Shown piece by piece: positions 45,440-53,281 of a stretch of 56,099 nt of DNA. Below the pieces are notes generated by a model. That model ran no database searches. It worked only from the letters and a program-made list of their open reading frames with translations, and was not told the origin of the DNA. The translations under genes were made by a program, and so were the position numbers. Source of the DNA: Omnitrophica bacterium GWA2_41_15. Lineage in GTDB: Bacteria > Omnitrophota > Gorgyraeia > Gygaellales > UBA12090. Within the stretch, counting starts at the first letter, position 1, and each line of letters begins with the position of its first letter. The DNA is taken from NCBI GenBank assembly GCA_919901925.1, contig CAKKQA010000036.1:1-56099 (forward strand), in the 5' to 3' direction.

Positions 45440-47986
45440 TTATATTTTAACAAAAATAATCCCCTTGTCAACATGAGCTTTAGCCTTGGCCTCGTCTGCC
45501 ATACAGGCCTTGATATTTACTCCTTCTTTAAGTTCTCCGCTTAAAAGCTTTAATGACAAAGGGTCCTGTATATATTTCTGGATAACCCGCTTTAATGGCC
45601 GCGCGCCGTAAACAGGGTCATAGCCGGTTTCTGCCAAATACTCTTTGGCTTTATCCGACATCTGAAACCCAATTTTCTTCTCTGCCAGCCGTTTTTGCAA
45701 TATCTCAAGCTGTATATCCACTATCTTTTTTAAATCTTCCAGCTCCAACTTCTTGAACATGACAATCTCATCAATACGGTTTAAAAACTCCGGCCTTAAC
45801 CGCTCCTTAAGTTCTTCTTTGTCTCTTAAGTTAGAAGTCATTATGATCAGGGTGTTCTTGAAATTCACCACCCTTCCCTGGCCGTCAGTAAGCCGGCCAT
45901 CGTCAAGAACCTGCAGTAAAACATCCAGCACTTCCGGATGGGCTTTTTCAATCTCGTCAAACAAGACAACGGAATACGGCCTTCTGCGCACCACCTCACT
46001 AAGCTGTCCGCCTTCTTCATAACCGACGTATCCTGGCGGCGCTCCGATAAGCCGCGATACGGAGTGTTTCTCCATATATTCGGACATATCAATCCGCACT
46101 AACGCTGCTTCGCTGTCAAACAAAACCCAGGCCAATGACTTAGCCAGCTCGGTTTTGCCTACTCCGGTAGGCCCCATAAAAATAAAAGAACCCAACGGCC
46201 GGTTGGGATCGGCTAAACCCGAACGCGCCCTGCGGATACAACTTGATACTGCCTCGACAGCCTCATCCTGGCCGACAACCCGTTCTTTCAGGCGTTCATC
46301 TATTTTTAAAAGTTTTTCGACTTCACCCTCAAGAAGCTTGCTCAAAGGTATACGCGTCCACTTAGAAAGGACATCGGCAATATCCTCCTCATCAACTTCC
46401 TCTTTCAGCATCTGCCGCGAAGATTGCTCCTGGCGGATATTTTTGTTTTCCTTCTCAAGTTCTTTTTGCAATTCCAATAATTTTCCGTAGCGGATTTCCG
46501 CGACCTTATCCAAATTTCCTGCGCGCTCATATTTTTTCTCTTCGGCCTTTAATTCCTCGATTTTGTTTTTAATCGCCTGAATCTTCTTAATAGCCTCTTT
46601 TTCTTTATGCCATTGCCCGCTTAATTTCTCGGATTCCTTCTTTAAAGAAGTTAGTTCTTTTTCTACTTTTTCCAGCCGTTCTTGAGAACCTTTATCTTTT
46701 TCTTTTTTTAAAGCCTGTTTCTCGATTTCCAACTGGACAATTCTACGGTTTAAAGCGTCCAGCTCCGAAGGCACGCTATCTATTTCAATGCGTAAACCCG
46801 AAGCCGCCTCATCAATCAGATCAATAGCTTTATCCGGCAGGAATCTATCGGTAATGTAGCGCGCGGATAACGTTGCCGCGGCGATAATAGCTGAATCCTT
46901 TATACGCACTCCATGATGGATTTCATAGCGTTCTTTTAATCCGCGCAAAATTGCTATTGTGTCTTCTATTGTCGGCTCGCTGACTAAAATCGGCTGAAAC
47001 CTGCGCTCCAAAGCCGCGTCTTTTTCAATATGCTTACGATACTCATTTAAAGTAGTCGCGCCAACACAGCGTAATTCGCCGCGGGCTAGCGCCGGCTTTA
47101 ACATGTTGGAAGCGTCCACCGCCCCCTCCGCGGCTCCCGCGCCAACAAGCGTATGCAGTTCGTCGATAAATAAAATTATTTCTCCTTCTCGAGAATGCAC
47201 ATCTTTTAACACAGCCTTAAGCCGTTCTTCAAACTCCCCTCTAAATTTTGTCCCGGCAACTAATGACCCAATATCCAATGCCAAAACCTGTTTTTCTTTT
47301 AACCCCTCAGGAACATCGTTCGCGGCGATTCTCTGTGCAAGCCCCTCGACAATCGCGGTTTTTCCAACTCCCGGCTCTCCGATTAACACCGGGTTATTTT
47401 TTGTCCTGCGGGATAAAACCTGAATCACCCTGCGGATTTCATCGTCCCGGCCGATTACCGGGTCAAGCTTTCCTTTATACGCAAGATCCGTAAGGTTGCG
47501 GCTGTATTTCTCCAAAGCTCTATATTTGGATTCGGGATTTTGGTCAGTCACATTTTGATTTCCCCGGATTTTAGCTAAGGCCGCCAGAAAAATATTCTTA
47601 TCAATGTTGTGCTTTACCAATACGGCGGATTTCTCCTCTAATAACGCCAGAAACAAATGCTCCACCGAAACAAATTCATCATTTAATTGTTTTGCCTGCT
47701 CTTGGACGTTATGTAAAACCTGGCTTAACCGGCTAGACAAATGCGCGTCAGCGCCTTTACCGTAAACCTTAGGCCGGCTCTCCAGATCTTCTTTAACCTG
47801 ACGCGATAACTGCGCGGTATTTATGCCGATTGAAGCCAACACTTCAGAAATAAGGCTCTCCTCCTGATTTAAAAGCGCCGACAAAAGATGTTCGCTATCA
47901 ACCTGCTGCTGATTTGAATCCTGCGCTAATTCTATTGCTGATTGAATTGCTTCCTGCGCCTTAATCGTAAACTTATCTAATCTCAT
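45440..47986 (-). CDS. clpB: ATP-dependent chaperone/disaggregase ClpB
   Basis: A Clp_N domain, two AAA+ modules ([16 protein letters not shown]) and a long coiled-coil M domain are present. Confidence 0.97.
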   Translation of the reverse strand: MRLDKFTIKAQEAIQSAIELAQDSNQQQVDSEHLLSALLNQEESLISEVLASIGINTAQLSRQVKEDLESRPKVYGKGADAHLSSRLSQVLHNVQEQAKQLNDEFVSVEHLFLALLEEKSAVLVKHNIDKNIFLAALAKIRGNQNVTDQNPESKYRALEKYSRNLTDLAYKGKLDPVIGRDDEIRRVIQVLSRRTKNNPVLIGEPGVGKTAIVEGLAQRIAANDVPEGLKEKQVLALDIGSLVAGTKFRGEFEERLKAVLKDVHSREGEIILFIDELHTLVGAGAAEGAVDASNMLKPALARGELRCVGATTLNEYRKHIEKDAALERRFQPILVSEPTIEDTIAILRGLKERYEIHHGVRIKDSAIIAAATLSARYITDRFLPDKAIDLIDEAASGLRIEIDSVPSELDALNRRIVQLEIEKQALKKEKDKGSQERLEKVEKELTSLKKESEKLSGQWHKEKEAIKKIQAIKNKIEELKAEEKKYERAGNLDKVAEIRYGKLLELQKELEKENKNIRQEQSSRQMLKEEVDEEDIADVLSKWTRIPLSKLLEGEVEKLLKIDERLKERVVGQDEAVEAVSSCIRRARSGLADPNRPLGSFIFMGPTGVGKTELAKSLAWVLFDSEAALVRIDMSEYMEKHSVSRLIGAPPGYVGYEEGGQLSEVVRRRPYSVVLFDEIEKAHPEVLDVLLQVLDDGRLTDGQGRVVNFKNTLIIMTSNLRDKEELKERLRPEFLNRIDEIVMFKKLELEDLKKIVDIQLEILQKRLAEKKIGFQMSDKAKEYLAETGYDPVYGARPLKRVIQKYIQDPLSLKLLSGELKEGVNIKACMADEAKAKAHVDKGIIFVKI

Positions 47987-48007
47987 ATAAAACTCCTATT
48001 TTTGTCT

Positions 48008-48089
48008 GTTAGCCGGTTAGCCGGTTTGCCGGTTCACCGGTTTTGCCTGCTTAAAATTCTTTAACTGGTTAACTGGCAAACTGGCTAAC
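48008..48089. repeat. Heptad-armed inverted repeat, CNGGTTA family (locus 4, clpB leader)
   Basis: GTTAGCCGGTTAGCCGGTTTGCCGGTTCACCGGTT faces TTAACTGGTTAACTGGCAAACTGGCTAAC. Confidence 0.7.
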
Positions 48090-48093
48090 AAAT

Positions 48094-48120
48094 TTAGCAC
48101 TTACAGCTGATGAGCGCTAA
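48094..48120. promoter_or_regulatory. CIRCE operator (HrcA binding site)
   Basis: TTAGCACTT-ACAGCTGAT-GAGCGCTAA matches the consensus TTAGCACTC-N9-GAGTGCTAA at 8/9 in each arm. It lies between the hspR-like gene and clpB. Confidence 0.75.
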
Positions 48121-48137
48121 CACTAACTCAAAAAAAT

Positions 48138-48398
48138 TTAATCGCCTTCCTTTTCTAAAATAATCCTTATGCCATGAATGTTTACATGCTTATCTTCCAT
48201 AAGAAAATGCACATATTCTAATCTTTTAATATCCTTCAAAGAATAAAGACGGCTCTTTTTGCCTATCCGCTTAGGACAAACAATCCCGGCCTTGTCCAAT
48301 TGGCGCAATGTCCATATCGGCAAACCAACCAGCTTACAGGCCACGCTGATTACATACACCGGCTCATCCGGGCTAATATACACATCAAAAACAGGCAT
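48138..48398 (-). CDS. MerR-family heat-shock regulator (HspR-like)
   Basis: It is 86 aa with an HTH ISVACKLVGLPIWTLRQLDKAGIV, followed by RLYSLKDI. It lies directly upstream of the chaperone genes. Confidence 0.65.
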   Translation of the reverse strand: MPVFDVYISPDEPVYVISVACKLVGLPIWTLRQLDKAGIVCPKRIGKKSRLYSLKDIKRLEYVHFLMEDKHVNIHGIRIILEKEGD

Positions 48399-48429
48399 CT
48401 ATCCTCCGTTTTTCATTTTTAGCTTTTTC

Positions 48430-48458
48430 AATATAACAGACAAATAATAATCTGTCAA
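48430..48458 (-). promoter_or_regulatory. Putative sigma70 promoter of the hspR-like gene
   Basis: The minus strand has TTGACA (48453..48458), a 17-nt spacer and TATATT (48430..48435). A GGAGGA RBS precedes the ATG at 48398. The spacer contains ACAGA-N10-TCTGT. Confidence 0.55.
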
Positions 48459-48461
48459 GCT

Positions 48462-48482
48462 ATCTAATAATATTTATTAGAT
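48462..48482. promoter_or_regulatory. Perfect 9-3-9 palindrome ATCTAATAA-TAT-TTATTAGAT abutting the -35 box
   Basis: I read it directly from the sequence. It is a candidate operator. Confidence 0.4.
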
Positions 48483-48540
48483 ATTCTAATCGGTGGATAC
48501 TTCTCAACCGCGTTTTAGAACCGTCCCTAGATTTTTGTAA

Positions 48541-48906
48541 CAGTTCAGCTTTTGGAAGCAACCATGTCATTCAGACTGTGTCATAATTATGAATTTTAGA
48601 AAATATAAATTTTTATTACTCCACTTTAATTCTGGATCCCTGCTTTCGCAGGGATGACATCATTGTTTTTGTCATTCCCGCGAAAGCGGGAATCCACTTT
48701 AAAATTTCAACATCTAATGTGACACAGTCTGATTGCGAGGAGCGACAGCGACGAAGTAATCTTTTCCGCCTACGTGCTTCGCACTACGGCGGATCCGCCG
48801 TAGCAAGAATTGCGCAGGCGGAAAAGATTGCTTCCCGCCACGCTTCGCTCGCGGCTTCGGCCTTTGCCCGCAATGACACTCGTCGGCGACTTCCAAAAGC
48901 TGAACT
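48541..48906. repeat. Nested composite of palindromic elements
   Basis: The outer inverted repeat is CAGTTCAGCTTTTGGAAG/CTTCCAAAAGCTGAACT. It encloses an R105-like element (GTCATT at 48565..48570, split from ATTGCGAGGAGC at 48732 onward, ending GCCCGCAATGAC at 48877). That element is interrupted by a ~160-nt element with TIR CAGACTGTGTCA (48571..48730), which in turn carries twin hairpins at 48634..48695. Confidence 0.7.
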
Positions 48907-48907
48907 A

Positions 48908-49924
48908 TTACAGATTCTTAACCAACATATAAAAGCGAAGTTTTAACTCGTAGGCAAAGATAAAAGGAAAATTGAAAACGAATCCAAAAAATGAATCATT
49001 TTTAAGAATGGTAAGCCACCTATTCTTAAGCAAATCTCTTTGTAAATCAGGTGAAAGCCGGGTAAAATAGAATTTACTTAAAAAGAGATTGTGGTTCGAC
49101 AAGCTCACCATCCCTCGAACCATCCCGAGCGAAGCTAAGAATTTGCGGAAGGGCGTAGTCGAGGGACTTCGCCGACTCATCTTTGTAGGGACAGCACACT
49201 GTGCTGTCCCTACTCGCGATAACGATGGCTGTGTATTATCTCCTATCGTTTTAAGGCTGCCCCCCCTCTTATGATAGGCTATCGCCTGCGGCACATAATA
49301 ACCCCGCCATCCTTTTTTGTGCGAACGCCAAGCTAAATCCAGGTCCTCATAAAACATTTTAAAACGGTTATCAAAATAACCATACTTGTCTTTTATATCT
49401 TCTAACATCTTGCGCCGGTAAAGGCCGCATCCGGCACAGACGCCAAAAACGTATCCGCTATTTTCAAACTGGCCGGCATCTTTCTCGCCGTATCCTCTTT
49501 CTACAGGCCTTCTAGACCTTCCCAAAAATAAACCTGTGGTATCTATTGCAACCTTATCATCACGCAATATCTTTCCGGTAACCATGCCAATTTTATCATC
49601 CATATAAAATGGTTTGATTGCCTCACTAATATGATTGTGCCCTACAGCACAATCATCGTTAAGGCAAAAGACATATTCGCCTTTTGCCGCTTCAATCCCC
49701 TGATTTTGCGCTCTGGCAAAATAGAGGTTTTCCTGATTAACAATGACCTTTGCCTTTTCGGCATACTTTAAAATTATTGCTTTAGCGTCGTAAAGGCATC
49801 CATTTAAAACTACTATAATTTCTACAGGAGAGTATATTTGTTCTTTCAAAGATGCCAGGCACGCTATTAACCCGGATTCATTGTTATATGTAGCGATGAT
49901 TATAGAGACTAATTCAGATGACAT
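48908..49924 (-). CDS. Glycosyltransferase family 2 carrying an in-frame repeat insertion
   Basis: The GT-A N-half is VSIIIATYNN, CLNDDC. Residues encoded by about 49089..49213 are repeat-derived (VGTAQCAVPTK...GMVSLSNH). The C-terminal LLKNRWLTILKN region continues in the same frame. Confidence 0.7.
   Translation of the reverse strand: MSSELVSIIIATYNNESGLIACLASLKEQIYSPVEIIVVLNGCLYDAKAIILKYAEKAKVIVNQENLYFARAQNQGIEAAKGEYVFCLNDDCAVGHNHISEAIKPFYMDDKIGMVTGKILRDDKVAIDTTGLFLGRSRRPVERGYGEKDAGQFENSGYVFGVCAGCGLYRRKMLEDIKDKYGYFDNRFKMFYEDLDLAWRSHKKGWRGYYVPQAIAYHKRGGSLKTIGDNTQPSLSRVGTAQCAVPTKMSRRSPSTTPFRKFLASLGMVRGMVSLSNHNLFLSKFYFTRLSPDLQRDLLKNRWLTILKNDSFFGFVFNFPFIFAYELKLRFYMLVKNL
49185..49213. repeat. 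Pal29 palindrome copy inside a GT2 coding sequence
   Basis: It is the identical 29-mer, translated in the same frame as VGTAQCAVPT within ORF 48908..49924. Confidence 0.9.
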
Positions 49925-49944
49925 ATTATTAGATTATGCGTAAG

Positions 49945-50115
49945 CGATGAAAATCCCTGTTCGCACACAATTAGAAAATTTTTGCCAAAAGTCGGCAAGG
50001 ATTCGCGGCGAATGAAACGAGCTTACTTAAGTAGAAAGGATGTAGTGAGAGCGTAATGAGCCGCAAACCGCAGCCGACGGCAAAAATTTTCGTGCGCGAA
50101 CAGAGATTTCCATCG
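49945..50115. repeat. R170 long-hairpin repeat, copy 3
   Basis: The ends are CGATGAAAATCCCTGTTCGCACAC... and ...GCGCGAACAGAGATTTCCATCG. It lies between the divergent GT2 and O-antigen-ligase-like genes. Confidence 0.85.
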
Positions 50116-50188
50116 AGCTTATCAGTGATTCTATGATTATTATAATTCCCTTGCTTTCCAACCCTGCCTACATTAAAATTATATCACG

Positions 50189-51316
50189 ATGTTCTTCATA
50201 CTTCTATTGTTAATAGCTTTGCGGCCTTTTCTGGCAAGCCTTGCTTTTGGCTTCCTCGACTTCATTTACTCCTACGCCTTTATCCTTTTAACCGCCATAT
50301 TTCTCCTGCGCAAAAAAGGCGTTCTCTTGCCTGATAAAGCCATAAGCGCGTGCTTATTTCTTTTTATCGCTTCTTTACTTGCGTCTTGCTTCTGGGGCTT
50401 AAATTCCGCGCGCTCTTTAAACGAGGCTTATAAATTTATCTTTTTATTTTTCGTTTACCTTTTTGCCGCAAACCTAAACAGCGCTCAAAAAACAACAGCC
50501 TTACGCGTCCTGATTATTTCTTCGTTTATGGTCAGCCTGTATTCGCTCTATTATTTCTTCTTCGGTACAAAACACATCGTCGATTCCCTGAAACTTTCCC
50601 AAATCCAGTATCCTTTCGCCCTGGAATACATCAACAGGCAAAGGGCATTTGCTCCGTTTATCCTGCCTTCATTGCTCGGCTGTTATTTAGCGGTTGGCCT
50701 GACAGTCACAACCGGTTATATCCTATCGTTAAAAAAACCCATTAAAGAAACAGCGCTTTTGCTATCGGCATTCTCTTTACCGATTTTCATCTCTTTATCC
50801 CTGACAAGGTCAATAAGCGCATTCGCCAGCATCATAATCGCGTTAATAATTTTGCAAATTATTTACCCGTCAAAAAAAATAACCATTATCACCCTGTTTT
50901 CCCTGATGGCTATTTTCTTTATATATTTATGGCGCAATACCGGCTCTTCAAGTTTTACCAACGTGGATTTTTCTTTTGGCAAAAGAATATTTTATTGGAA
51001 AGAAGGATTTGCTTATATCTTGGCTCACCCCTTTAAAGGGACAGGCCTGCGCAATTACTGGGGACATTTCAGCCAATTCACCCATAATTCTTATCTTCAA
51101 ATATGGATAGAAACAGGGCTGGCGGGATTTATATCATTGGCCGCGGTTTTCTATTTTGCCCTCAATAAATTATTGAAAAGTAACAGCGCCCTCTCGAAAA
51201 CCCTGTTTCTTGCCTTCCTGATATTCGCTATTGACAATCTTTTTGACTTCAGTTTCTTTATGCCTGAAACCGCCTATCTGTGGTGGCTGATTATAGGCCT
51301 CGCCGACCAAAGTTAA
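50189..51316 (+). CDS. O-antigen ligase / Wzy_C-domain polytopic membrane protein
   Basis: It has about 10 TM segments and the HNSYLQIWIETGLAGF motif typical of the O-antigen ligase (Wzy_C) domain. It is the only plus-strand gene. Confidence 0.75.
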   Translation: MFFILLLLIALRPFLASLAFGFLDFIYSYAFILLTAIFLLRKKGVLLPDKAISACLFLFIASLLASCFWGLNSARSLNEAYKFIFLFFVYLFAANLNSAQKTTALRVLIISSFMVSLYSLYYFFFGTKHIVDSLKLSQIQYPFALEYINRQRAFAPFILPSLLGCYLAVGLTVTTGYILSLKKPIKETALLLSAFSLPIFISLSLTRSISAFASIIIALIILQIIYPSKKITIITLFSLMAIFFIYLWRNTGSSSFTNVDFSFGKRIFYWKEGFAYILAHPFKGTGLRNYWGHFSQFTHNSYLQIWIETGLAGFISLAAVFYFALNKLLKSNSALSKTLFLAFLIFAIDNLFDFSFFMPETAYLWWLIIGLADQS

Positions 51317-51331
51317 CCTACAAACATTTTT

Positions 51332-51436
51332 GTCATTGCGAGGAGCATTCGCCTGCAAATGGCGACGAAGCAATCTCGCACTTAGAAAGAGATTGCTTCG
51401 TCACAGACATGCCAAGCGAAGGTTCCTCGCAATGAC
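51332..51436. repeat. R105 nested-hairpin repeat, copy C (between convergent genes)
   Basis: It has the same termini and inner stem as copy A. Confidence 0.85.
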
Positions 51437-51475
51437 GCTGTTCAACACCCACTATATAACCTACCAAAGTTACCG

Positions 51476-53125
51476 CTAATTCTTCTCATGCAGCGCCTGA
51501 AGATTCTTGTGTATTTCGGGAATGTTCGGATTAAGCTCGATTGCCTTCCTATATAACGCCGCGGCCATCTCTTTGTTACCCGTCTTATTATAGATATTTG
51601 CCAGGTTATTATAGGCAGCCACCAGATTAGGGTTAAGCTCTATCGCCTTCTTATACGCCCAAATAGCCTTGTCCCACTCGCCGGTATCGCTGTGGACATT
51701 ACCAAGATTATTGTAAGAACCCGCGTAGTTAGGCGCTATCTTTATTGCCCTGCCATATGAATCTATGGCTTCTGGATACTTCTTAAGCGCCGCATATATG
51801 TTTCCTATATTATTGTACCCGTAATGATGCGTGGGATTAAGCTGTAAAGCTTTACGGAGAAGCTCCAGTGCCTCTTCTTCCCTCCCTGTTCTAGTATAAA
51901 TGTCCGCCAGCAAATGGTAAGTCCGGACGCTATCAGGCGAAAATCTCAATGTCCTCTTATACAAAGCTGCCGGGTCTTTCCAATACGTATTCTGTTTAAC
52001 TGTAAGATATGAGTAAAACAGAATCAAAATACACGCAAAAGCAATAGCGTAATTTTTGGTTTTTGCATCATCATACAAAGAAATGATCCCTCCCGAAAGG
52101 ATAAGGAAAAATCCTATCGAAGGCAGGTAAAGCCAATGTTCGGCCATAAAGGCATTAAGAGGATATAAATTCAACGAAGGCGCCAATGTTACAACAAACC
52201 AAAGGAGAGAAAAAAATACTAATCCGCGTTTACGCCTAAACAGAAAAAGATAAGATGCAATTACTACTGCTATGCATAAACCCGGCAGAGCATCTGGATG
52301 GGTAAATTTAAAAACCCGCTGGCCGTATTCCATATGCAATCCGAACGGAAGGAATAAAAGCTTGATGTAATTAAACACGGCGATAAAAACTCCGGGTATC
52401 CTTTGTAATAAAGTCCCAGAATAAATAATATCCGACATCAAAGATTTCAAGCATATGATCCTAAACAAAACATAGGTTAAAGTTACCCCGACCACGCCCA
52501 AAAAAGCCGGTATTTTTATTTTTTTTCCGAAAGTATAATAATATAGCAACAGCAAAAAAGGCAAAATCAGGCTGTTTTCCCGGGAGAAAAGGGCAAAGAC
52601 AAAAAACAGCAAAGAGAAAAAATACGCGCTGATTTTATTTAGTTGTATGTATTTGACATAAAAAACCAAACTCAATAAAACAAATAAGGCGCCCAGAGAA
52701 TCCGCGCGGCCGGAAATATAGGCGACTGCTTCGGTATGCATAGGATGAAGGGCAAAAAATAAACCGGCAAGAAAAGCAAGCATCACTTTCTGGTAAAGCA
52801 TGCTTACGAGCCAGAAAACACAAAGCGAAACCAAAACATGCAATATAATATTGGTAAGATGGTACCCTCTTACATCCAGCTTCCAGAAAGAATAATCCAA
52901 CATATAGGTAAGCATTTGCAAGGGGCGGTAAGAATTGAATTTCTCAAAGCCTCCGGCGGCAATATTCTCTTTGAACAATTGCGGAAGCTTAGACCAATTA
53001 TTTATATAAACATTTTCTGAGACCAAGATATGGTCATCCCAGACAAAGCTATTGTTTAGGCAATTGTAATAAACCGCAAATCCTGCGATTATTATTAATA
53101 GGCATGCGATAAGTTTTAGTTTCAT
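51476..53125 (-). CDS. Polytopic membrane protein with C-terminal TPR repeats (TMTC/PMT-like GT-C candidate)
   Basis: The N-terminus has about 10 TM segments and an FVWDDHILV motif. The C-terminus has about 5 TPR units (A..Y..AI.LNPN). Confidence 0.65.
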   Translation of the reverse strand: MKLKLIACLLIIIAGFAVYYNCLNNSFVWDDHILVSENVYINNWSKLPQLFKENIAAGGFEKFNSYRPLQMLTYMLDYSFWKLDVRGYHLTNIILHVLVSLCVFWLVSMLYQKVMLAFLAGLFFALHPMHTEAVAYISGRADSLGALFVLLSLVFYVKYIQLNKISAYFFSLLFFVFALFSRENSLILPFLLLLYYYTFGKKIKIPAFLGVVGVTLTYVLFRIICLKSLMSDIIYSGTLLQRIPGVFIAVFNYIKLLFLPFGLHMEYGQRVFKFTHPDALPGLCIAVVIASYLFLFRRKRGLVFFSLLWFVVTLAPSLNLYPLNAFMAEHWLYLPSIGFFLILSGGIISLYDDAKTKNYAIAFACILILFYSYLTVKQNTYWKDPAALYKRTLRFSPDSVRTYHLLADIYTRTGREEEALELLRKALQLNPTHHYGYNNIGNIYAALKKYPEAIDSYGRAIKIAPNYAGSYNNLGNVHSDTGEWDKAIWAYKKAIELNPNLVAAYNNLANIYNKTGNKEMAAALYRKAIELNPNIPEIHKNLQALHEKN

Positions 53126-53138
53126 ATTTCAAGCCATA

Positions 53139-53202
53139 CCAAAATCAGCCCCTGGAGCTAGTAATTAAGCTAACCAAAATCAGCTCCAGGGGCTGATTTT
53201 GG
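53139..53202. repeat. Perfect 21-bp-stem hairpin upstream of the TPR gene
   Basis: CCAAAATCAGCCCCTGGAGCT pairs with AGCTCCAGGGGCTGATTTTGG across a 22-nt loop. Confidence 0.7.
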
Positions 53203-53214
53203 TTGAAGCGCTTT

Positions 53215-53256
53215 TTAATAAAAAATCTCCGCAATGGCTTATTGCGGAGATTTTTT
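53215..53256 (-). terminator. Intrinsic (bidirectional-looking) terminator after rpoD
   Basis: AAAAAATCTCCGCAAT-loop-ATTGCGGAGATTTTTT lies about 26 nt after the rpoD stop codon. Confidence 0.75.
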
Positions 53257-53281
53257 AATCATGCTTTTACGACATCAGTAT

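Noticed and set aside
48714-48946. Two overlapping 60-75-aa ORFs (48714..48896 on the minus strand, 48719..48946 on the plus strand).
   Set aside because: Both are translations of the nested palindromic repeat region and are mirror images on the two strands. They are Arg/Ala-rich artefacts typical of GC-rich hairpin repeats.
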